A stretch of 60,347 nt of DNA, the filler included, from Sluysia triapertura (Eukaryota): NCBI GenBank assembly GCA_046118255.1. It is 5 parts of 5 records of this genome, joined end to end, with 100 filler letters (N's around TTAATTAATTAA, not from the genome) between each part and the next. Parts side by side here need not be neighbours in the genome. Positions count along the whole stretch, not along the records: positions 44,908 to 60,347 come from JBJNIA010228457.1; 4 more parts are not named here. The stretch is one strand, 5' to 3'. Each line of letters starts with the position of its first letter. Position 1 is the first letter of the stretch. Position numbers and translations under genes: made by a program. This document shows, piece after piece, positions 51,101 through 60,347 of the stretch. The notes beneath the pieces are model-generated. The model was not told where the DNA came from. It saw only the letters and a program-made list of their open reading frames with translations, and searched no databases.

Positions 51101-54100
51101 CCATTTCTAAAATTGTGCCGGTANNNNNNNNNNNNNNNNNNNNNNNNNNNNNNNNNNNNNNNNNNNNNNNNNNNNNNNNNNNNNNNNNNNNNNNNNNNNN
51201 NNNNNNNNNNNNNNNNNNNNNNNNNNNNNNNNNNNNNNNNNNNNNNNNNNNNTTTTCAATATTGTTTATATCACAAAGAGACATAATTTGATCAAATGAA
51301 AGTTGAATAAAAGATGTATCTTGATGGATATTATCAATTATCTTCGTATAAATTAATTTTTTGCATGCATCTCCAAATTTTTCCAGTACCTAAAATAAAT
51401 ATAAAATAACTTATCAAAAATTTATAAAATTACTTAATAAATACTTAATAAATAATAAAAATTGCAAAACTAATATTAATAAAATTTGAAAAGATTTCGT
51501 ATCATTCATTTTTTGATTGCTGCAATAATAAATTTAATGGCAACCAAAAAGAATCATCAGAAACAAAACAATACAAATATAAAAATGTAAAACGAAAGAG
51601 AAACACATGTTAAGCTAAAATAAATATTCAAATATTAAACAATTTTAAATTAAAAAGATTCTCAAGTGGGATCTTCTATAAATCTTTTCAAATTCACCTC
51701 TACCAGTGCATGCAAGGTTCATAAAACTAAAACTTCAAAGTATATTTTTAATAAAATTTTATGTTTACATAAAAACTCTGAAATACAAAGAAAAAATTTG
51801 GTCACAAGTAGATTTAAAAAATTATAATAATATAAAGTAATATATAACTACATTTAATCACATTCATAATTTAATCCCTACTACCGAATCATTATAATTT
51901 ATCTTCAGATTTCTTTGCGTTTCATATTCACACAATATTATCAAGTTATCAGCATTTCCATGTAAAATTCCTTTTCAATATATCTAAACAAAATCATATT
52001 TGCAAATAATGCCTGAAACTGATTACTGATTAGATATTTTACGTTTCTCATGCACTACAAAGATTTAGGATTCGTTTATATTTTAAACCTTTTCATAAAC
52101 AGATGAATTTTAATGTGACTAATAAATTCATGCTCCTTACGATTATATGCTTGAAACATCAATATCTCAATAATCATCACTTAAACATAAAATCTATTAT
52201 AACATACCAAACCATCAAGATGAACTGTTGAACAATGATATGCTAATTATCAACAAGGAATGAATGAAACTAAGAAACAAGAACAGGAAAAAATAGAAAC
52301 TTCCGGACATTTAAAGGTATCTGAAAAATAATGACAATACTGAGACCAATGATGAAGACTATACGACACGTAATTTTCCACAGTTAGTACGATAAAAAAA
52401 TAATACAAAATTATTAATAATTTAAAAGTAGCCTCGCAGATAGATAAGGATAAATTACTAGGACTACTTAAATAATATAATTGAAATTGACTCCATCACA
52501 TTTCTTTAATAAAACTAAGAGAAGAAAATTTCACCGATGATGTAAAAGATCAAGGATTATGAAATTATAAGGAACTCGAATAAACAAATTTATATCGATA
52601 TGCCATTACGAAACGATGTGCTAATATTCTACAAAAACGTAGTATTTAAGACAAAGTTCAAGAACTAAATTGTTTATATTCACAAATACAAATATTATTT
52701 TATGGTCAATAACTGGTTAAATTCAAATAACCAGTAGAGGAAGTCTATAATGAAAAAATAGATGTTATTTTCAATAATTTAGAAATGCCAAATGAACAAA
52801 TAAAAGTTGTTGAAGTAAATACAGATAACAAACTGGATCCTTTAAATGATCTACCTTTAAAATAAGTAAAATGAAGAGTAGATATGGTAGAAACGCCAAA
52901 ATTAAAAAAATTTACACATACGGAACTACAAAATAAAAACGGAAAATAAAAACTATAAAAAACTTTATAAATTTACAAATTATAAAAATACAAAATAAAA
53001 CATATTAGAATAACTACATGTATAAAATAACGGAATATACATCCTGTTTCAAAAGGGACACCTATTTCATATTACAAATTAATTACACAATATAATAATA
53101 AATAAACATGAATAAATTACTATCTATATATAATTTCCATTTTTAGTATATTTTTACTACTACATAGCATTTCGCCAAATAAATTCTGTTTTAAGGACAC
53201 ATTATACAAACTTTTTATTTAAGAGACTATACAATGTATTTTACAAAATTAGTACATTATTGATCTTCCTGAGATTTTTGTCATTTTTGTCATCGAATTA
53301 ATCAATGTACTTACAGTTTATTTCAATCTTTTACCGAGCATCCAATATTGCATTTTTAACTTAGAGATATTGCTATACTGTTTTCCTTGACTGTGCATCT
53401 TAATTGAGACAATAAATTTTCTTTTGGACTGAGGTCATCTTGCTGGCCACTCTAACACTTAATCCATCTTCACTTAACTTATTAAGTAGTTTTAGATCGA
53501 TGACAAGGAGCGTTATTCTGCTGAAAAATGACGTTGATATTTTCTGGAAGTTTGACATACGGAACTACTAATTCTTTTACCAAGTCGTAGTACTCATCAC
53601 CATTGAGAGTTGTGGAACCGCACGTTAAGTTAGCTTTTTATCATAAATTTTGGCACCCCATACCATAACTGATCCTCCGCCACAAATTCTCTTAGAAAAT
53701 CTTTCTTTTGAATCCTTTAGATGATGCCAATAATATTTATAACCACCCAAATTTCTTCTATCTGAGAATATTATCCTGGTCCAGTCAGTGTGATTATTAA
53801 TATGATTTCCGGCAAAGTTAATTCTTGCTATTTTATGAGCATCAGTAAGTGGAGGTATAGCAAGCATTATCTATTAACCAACTATTAACTATTATCCAAA
53901 TAATTGGATATCACATGTCTTGATCTGTTTAACTTTTTGGAAATACTTACATTACTTTCCCCCTTTTTGGAATATGCATCAATCTTTCCTTTTCGTATTG
54001 ACTAAGTTTTAATCCACGCACCATTATAAGGTAAATATTAAAATATAAATAATATGGAGGGAAATCCTAATACAATATAATGATCTCCTTACAAAAAATG

Positions 54101-57100
54101 CCCTATACTTTTGAAACGAAATTTATTTAACTAAATGCAATATAGTAATTAAGTATACTAATTGGAAACTTATAAATAAGTAATACTTCATTCGTGTTTT
54201 ATTTATTAAATAGAATTGTTAATTTGTTATAGTATAAATTGTGTTTATATATACTGCAAAAATAGGATGTGTCCTATACTTTTGAAACAGGGTGTATATT
54301 CATTTTACAACTACAATAAAAACCTCTCCAATACCCTGATATATTTTCTCTACCATTACGAACTTTATTTAAAAGAAGTTAATCAGTCTCTTCATATTGT
54401 CATCATTTCTTTGATGCATCAAAGGCAATAAATTGAGTCGAGCAATTTATTTAGACTGGTCTATAAACTTGCATATTGTCGAAGTTGCTACCCAATAAAG
54501 TAAGCTGTTGCACTGACCAAGAAAATACGTTAAGCTAATGTCTTATTATATCTTAGTTTTATAGAGTAGGAAATCGTTAACTAACGTATAACTAGTTCCA
54601 ATTCAAAAGGTAAATATTAAATATTAGATATCATACGAAACAAAACAATCTATATTATAATACTACCTTTAAGTATAAAATTAGTATCATTTGTGTGCAC
54701 AAAAAATGTTCTCTTATAGAAAGAGCTTTCGAAGGTTTTAGACGAGTGAAAGAAGTCAGTTTTAATGTTAACATTAAGAAAGTGTTATCTCAAGGCTTAA
54801 TGAATACCCATTTTATATATTGACAATGCCTAAATTAATATTTGTCCACATTTTAAATTATTTTTGAGATCCAGTTTTGAACTCGTTTACGATATTTCAT
54901 CACAAATCAATTTAAATTGTGTGATTACAGTCACACCCGACGGAAGAGAGTCAATCAGAAAATGGCTTCCAAAAATCATTATGTAGATATTTTTGAGCCA
55001 ATTAGATTTTAGTTCTTGAAATGTCACAAAATGAAGAAATTTAGATCCAATAAATATATTATAATATAAAAAGTGAGCCCAATTTTGAGTTAAACCTTGG
55101 AAAGCCCCATAAAGTATCTTTAATCCATTTCAGAATATGAAAATATTCGTAAAAACAATATTTCTTAATATAAACAAAACAGCAAAAAAATCCATAAAAC
55201 GTTAATATAAATTATAAATGTAAAACATTTAGCATGATTTGTACGTAATAAATGATATACCTACATAATAATAAAATCCAGACATACATAAATAATTGTA
55301 TCGGCCATTATAGCGAATAACCTAGCCATAATAGATTTGGCCATAGATTTTTTTAACAATACGTGCATTACCATAAGGTATTGAAGTCCGAAGTCGGAAT
55401 ATTTATTCATAAAACTGCCTTTGAATTTGAAAATCTGAAATTCATAAGCCCGTTGAAATACTTTAATTTTATCAGCAAAATAAGTATTTAGACTCAGGCT
55501 AAACTATGATTATACTACTATGTTAAATAAATTAAATGCATTGTCATACCAAGATTTCTTAACGCATAATTAACTTACGTAACAGGCAACACTACCAGAC
55601 ATTTCTACAAAACATACTTATAGAATTTAGCTATTAGACAGATATGTTTAGATCAAAAGTAGAAAGTACCTTGAATTGTATCAAATGCAATTCGTAATAT
55701 TGAATTTTTTAAATAAATGTATCTCCATGAATTAGTGGTGCATTTGCGCAACTTTTGAAATTCTTAGCTTCTTTTGGTTTCCCTAAATAAACATTGCAAA
55801 ACCGAGAATTCTTAGAGGATATTGTTGAATATACAAAATCAAATACTTAAAATTTAAAATGTATACATTTACATTTGATATCTTCGTATTAAAAATAATA
55901 TTTACAGTTCATAAGATTTGGAATTGACACATTCGATTTTAAAAAATAAGTTTTTGTTTTCATTTTTGAGTTAGTTTATTTGTTGATAAAGCTTTTATTT
56001 ATTGATAATGTAAGGTTTTTTATGTGCATTTAATTTTTACATTATTCATTCAATATTTTGTAGAACAAATTTCAATGTTTTCAATTATTTTAAAAATTGT
56101 CATAAAAACACATTTTATTCAGTAGCAACTTCTAAAAAGCTTATTTATATAATTATGTACAACACAATCTCAAAAGTTTTACATATCTTCATTTTATATA
56201 GTTTAACATTAAGATCGAGAAATTCACATTTTGAAAACTAACGATTATTCTATAACATTATAGAATAATTGTTAATTTTCATATTTTTAATTACTCGATA
56301 GAAAAAAATCTATAGAGTCACAGAATATTATGAAAAGAAAATTTTGTAAGTGCATTATTATATTTTATTTTATTGTTATTTAAATATTTTGTAACTTGTA
56401 TTATTATTTAATATAAACTTTATTTGTGACTCTTGAAAAAATTTAATATGATATTCTTGGCACTGTTATTAGTCTAGGTTGCCCACCTCTGGCTTAACAT
56501 GTAACATGAAAATGTGAACAATGTTTCTTTTATTATTATAATGTAAATAAATTAATAACGCACGTTGTTAAGATTATCGTCTTCAATTTCGTAACTGATT
56601 AATTTTGATAATATAGCCCGTATTTCTTTATAATTTCGACTGCAATTAGCAAACCAGTCATTGAGCAATTCTTCCAATAATTGCATTTCTAATTTACGAC
56701 CTGTTACGAATTTACGAATAACAAATATCATATTATTTTCATAATCTTCATTAATCAAATATTTTGGTAGAACTAATTGATCATTATCTTCGTTCAATTT
56801 AAAATACTCCAAATTTTGATCAAAATCAACAAAAATGTTCTGAAATTGTGGACATTTTATAATGTCGCTTACTATGGAATCTAAGCTTAATTAAGAAAAA
56901 TCATTATTTTTAATGATAAAGTAAAAAATAAATAAATTTAGTTTCAATAATTAACAATCTTATTAAAAATATAAAAATTCATGTTTTTCCAGTATATTAT
57001 TAAGTATTTTAATTTTAACACGTTTGCTGCCAGCTATGTGTTTGTGTTTGTGTTGAAGTTTGTGTTTAGGCGCCAGCTACGACTTAATTCGTAGAAATCG

Positions 57101-58224
57101 TATAATTAATAAAGCAATTAAAAACAATTCATTTAAATTCAAGTTTTTCCTATATATACATGTTTGTACTTTTATTTTACAATTAATTAATTAAGGTTTG
57201 TTGGCGCAGTGACTCGTTTTTTGAAAATGCTGCTCGTCAGCGAACGTGTTAAAATGTCATTTATATTATTAATAGTTGAGTTATTTTTATGCAATTGATA
57301 TTTAAATGCTATTTATCGTTGTTATTTTTTAATAACTGTCTTGTAGGTTATTAATTCACCAGATTGAAGTAGCTTTTGCGAATAACCAAAAGTTTTTATT
57401 AAAAAAATTACACAATTTTCGACAAATTTATTGAAAATGTCGTTTGTGGAATATTATGAAATATTTAAAAAGAAACAATGACACAAAGTATCTTAATAGT
57501 TAATTCATAGTAGATAATACCTGATAAATATATTGTTATTGTTAAAACATATTAATAATCGTAAGTAGAATTAATTCAACGGTATTACAGCATTTGGAGG
57601 CTTGATTACAATTCTATTGCACTCATTCATTGTGATAACCCTATTAACATCCTATTAAGATATACACATTGACACAATTTTGTTCTCTGGACATGTATTT
57701 CAATTAAATTTAAACCTCACAATTGTTTTTCAATAACAATAGAATAAAATTATTCAAAACTAAAAAGAAAATTATTTAAGACAATCAAACTTAATGAATA
57801 CGTCTTTAAAGAGAAAATTTGTCCAAGATATTATTATAAACTGAACGTCTTAATGACACAATAATTTAACTGGATTATTTCCCCCACAAATAATAATAAT
57901 ATTATTTTTATTATTATTATTATTAATGTTTGATTTTGTTAATTTGTTTTAAAGAATGAGTCTATTTACGTTACTTTTTTCTGCGAAGAGGTAAATTTCC
58001 TCTAGTAACTTAAATAGTGTTCAGTATTTATACTGAACTATTTCGAATGGGCTGCAAATTATTTTATGTACTTAATATCATTATTATATTGCTATTGTTA
58101 TTAAATATTTTTTCCATTCATTAATTTGATATATCTTTAAATTCTTTAAATGTTACTATGTCCCAAGCCTGAAGATAAGGAGTTAGACTAACGAGTATCA
58201 ATATCAAATAATAATAATAGGCTC

Positions 58225-58272
<48 letters not shown>

Positions 58273-59366
58273 TAGATAAATAGTAAAATATAATCGTGAC
58301 AATAATTAGAGAAACAAAAACCACAATAAACTAACTCTTTATTATAATCAATTAAGTACTCAAAATTGTACAACAATTTATAAAGCTTAGATTTAATATT
58401 TTTACTTTGCGAACTTCGTTGAGACTTTATTTGTTTTTCTTTCACATTTTGAAATAATTGCTCACAAGCCTTTTCATCTAATAATGGGAAGAATTTTTTA
58501 ATTTTTTCGTCATGTTTTAAATCATCCCAAGTTACCGAAACATTTGCTTTTAATATCATTTCGAAAATATTTCCCAGTTTCTGATAAATTTTATCTTGTG
58601 TTTTACAGCGATGAATTAAACCAGCTGAATACGAAGTGTCAATTTGACGTGCCATTTTCGAATCTTTAGTTAAATATGTTAATATAATAGTTGGGATTAT
58701 TTCAACATTAACATTTTGTAAAACAGATGTGTAAATTTTAGGATATCGATTTGTTTTTTTTTTTTTGGGAATTAGACTTTCAAAACTGTTTAAAATATCA
58801 ACACTAACTAAATCACATTTAGTTGCAACAATTATGATGGGTATTTTCTCTGAATTAAATGTATTTAACAAATACTTAAATAACTTATTTTGTTCGTCAT
58901 TCTGATGCTCAATTTTTGAGACATCGTAGAGTAGCAAAACAATAGAAGGTTTTTCATTAGATTCAGAAATAATAATGAAACTTGATCTTCTATCATTATA
59001 AAAACGACCATGATACTGATATTTTTTACTACCTAATTTGCAGCTAGTACTTCGAGAAACATAATCACCTAATTCGTAACCAGATAATGTTTTATACGAA
59101 TTTTCATCTATGAATTCCGTCTTTTCGATAAATTTCAAATCATATATTTTATTTTCATAACTACGCATTACCTGTCCCCAATAAAGCCAATGAGACTGAT
59201 TTATTATGTCATTCATAAAATCTAATTGATTTATAATTGATAAATGTGGTTTTAATTGAACATCACTCTGCGTAATTTTATGACATAAATACGACTTACC
59301 GATCCCACATTGTCCTTTAATTTCTGGTGGCCCTGATAAACCCACAACATAAACGATAATATCCAT
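48138..59366 (-). CDS. RhoGAPp190: p190RhoGAP (ARHGAP35/ARHGAP5 family), 5' part. Exon 1 59366-58336, exon 2 56885-56564, probable exons ~51389-50987 (spans an N gap) and ~48464-48138
   Basis: Exon 1 has VVGLSG...KGQCGIGKS.LC...IINQSHWLYWG...FIEKTEFID...IIIVATKCD, the p190 N-terminal GTPase fold, followed by FF-like repeats. Downstream exons are inferred from open frames and compatible GT-AG phases and are less certain. No RhoGAP domain seen. Confidence 0.8.
49200..50000 (-). mobile_element. Decayed mariner transposase
   Basis: PFLNRIVISDEK* (RIVTGDEKW) and LLFDKARA (LLHDNARPH) motifs in order. Confidence 0.75.
50142..50773 (+). mobile_element. Internally deleted mariner with both TIRs and TA TSD
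   Basis: TA|ttgggttggtgcataaatttgt ... acgaacttatgcaccaactaaa|TA. Encodes the N-terminal HTH (MVDKNEHFRHLLLFYF...WFSKFNSGNFDLND) with a stop; catalytic domain deleted. Confidence 0.9.
53040..54294 (-). mobile_element. Decayed Tc1/Tc3-like transposon with TIRs and TA TSD
   Basis: TA|catcctgtttcaaaag ... cttttgaaacagggtg|TA, with an inner repeat cctatacttttgaaac at ~54102. Transposase motifs PPLTDAHKIARINFA, WTRIIFSD and GGGSVMVWG. Confidence 0.9.
54950..55360 (-). pseudogene. Possible decayed TRP(M)-like channel fragment inside a p190 intron
   Basis: Hydrophobic segments with FNSKLG and WLKNIYIMIFG, resembling the TRPM S4-S5 linker and pore helix. Stops present. Confidence 0.25.
57019..57248. 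mobile_element. piggyBac-type MITE with TTAA TSD
   Basis: TTAA|cacgtttgctgcc ... gtcagcgaacgtg|TTAA. Confidence 0.85.
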
Positions 59367-59752
59367 TAAGTTCAAATAACTTAAATATAAAATTCTGATT
59401 TAAAAATAATTATAAAAATAGTAACACAAATAATAAGTAATTTTTAAGTTGAAGACAAAAACACTTCGCCTTAAAAAAAAATATTTTTAAAGAAATTTAT
59501 TTTAAATCTACAAAATTAAATATACAAGATTGTTTTAATATAAAAATTATTTTTTGGCTTTTATACTTCGTGACAAAATTTAAAATTTAGTAATTTAAAC
59601 TTTCACATTATTGAAAATATTTGTTTAACTTTACCATAATATTATATTACTTTTTGTGGTGAAATTTTAAACGATTAAACCCTCAATTAAACTATTTTTA
59701 TTGCTCTATGATTCTATGTTTATGTTCGCTTTGTATTCAGTTACAATTTTTA

Positions 59753-59836
59753 TAACGCGATAGTTACGTACCGCCTTATGCGAGAGTCCCTATATAACAC
59801 CAATTCCTATAACCTTGCTACGTAACTATCGCGTTA
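59753..59836. repeat. Perfect 18-bp inverted repeat / miniature TTAA-type element
   Basis: taacgcgatagttacgta (59753-59770) ... tacgtaactatcgcgtta (59819-59836). Confidence 0.8.
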
Positions 59837-60347
59837 ACGGGGATCGACTATTTTTCGCCATTAAGAAATTTTACTGCTAACTTTATGCAGTAGTTAGGTA
59901 TTTTTGTCATATATTTAATTTAGTTTAAAATCATTGTTACATAAAATATTAATTTCAACGAAAACTTTAAAAATATGATGAGTTTTTTAAGAGAAGTATA
60001 TCTAATTCACCAATAAATTAAAACGTATGAGTTCTCTACTCTCTTAGAATTTAAGAAACGGCTAGTATTACAGGTCATTAAAATTTTTGGGATTAATGAA
60101 GGATAAGGGTAAACTTAATGGTAAGGATTCAGGATAACGAAATAAAATAATCATCATTAAAGAATTAAGATAAGGTACTGCAAAGATACTTTGGTTTCAC
60201 CTAACCTACAATGCAAATAAGCCTAGAAGAGTTCGACCTAACATGAACGACTTAAGTCTGGACGACGGCAGCCTGTTAGGATTTACTGTGCAAAAGATAG
60301 AAGCAAACAAAGGCTTAAGATAAGAATTGTTTTTAGATGATTTTAAC

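Noticed and set aside
57975-58168. Additional p190RhoGAP exon
   Set aside because: It has stops in all three frames after the acceptor, and exon 1 splices in phase to 56885 instead.

Overview
Very AT-rich animal (metazoan) genomic DNA with many tiny GT-AG introns (about 30-55 nt in RSU1), suggesting a compact, fast-evolving invertebrate genome. An orthonectid-like organism would fit, but that is only a guess. The window is not one locus: four identical 100-nt spacers (44 N + TTAATTAATTAA + 44 N) join five pieces of about 11-15 kb. Recognisable host genes: FoxQ2 (complete, 3 exons), TEAD/scalloped (4 exons, 3' end lost at a join), RSU1 (complete, 7 exons), p190RhoGAP (5' part) and an isolated SMARCAD1 fragment. 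The rest is mostly decayed mobile DNA: a NeSL-like non-LTR retrotransposon, mariner, Tc1/Tc3, piggyBac-type MITEs, hAT, L2/CR1 and solo-LTR-like repeats. Most interesting observations: (1) the NeSL-like element encodes two Ulp1/SENP-type protease domains flanking a zinc-finger array, both missed by the ORF track; (2) a multi-hairpin non-coding module occurs twice, shows compensatory base changes, and each time lies upstream of a decayed orphan gene; (3) a repeated tRNA-Ala-derived unit lacks the whole anticodon arm. All assignments come from reading motifs by eye; no searches were run.
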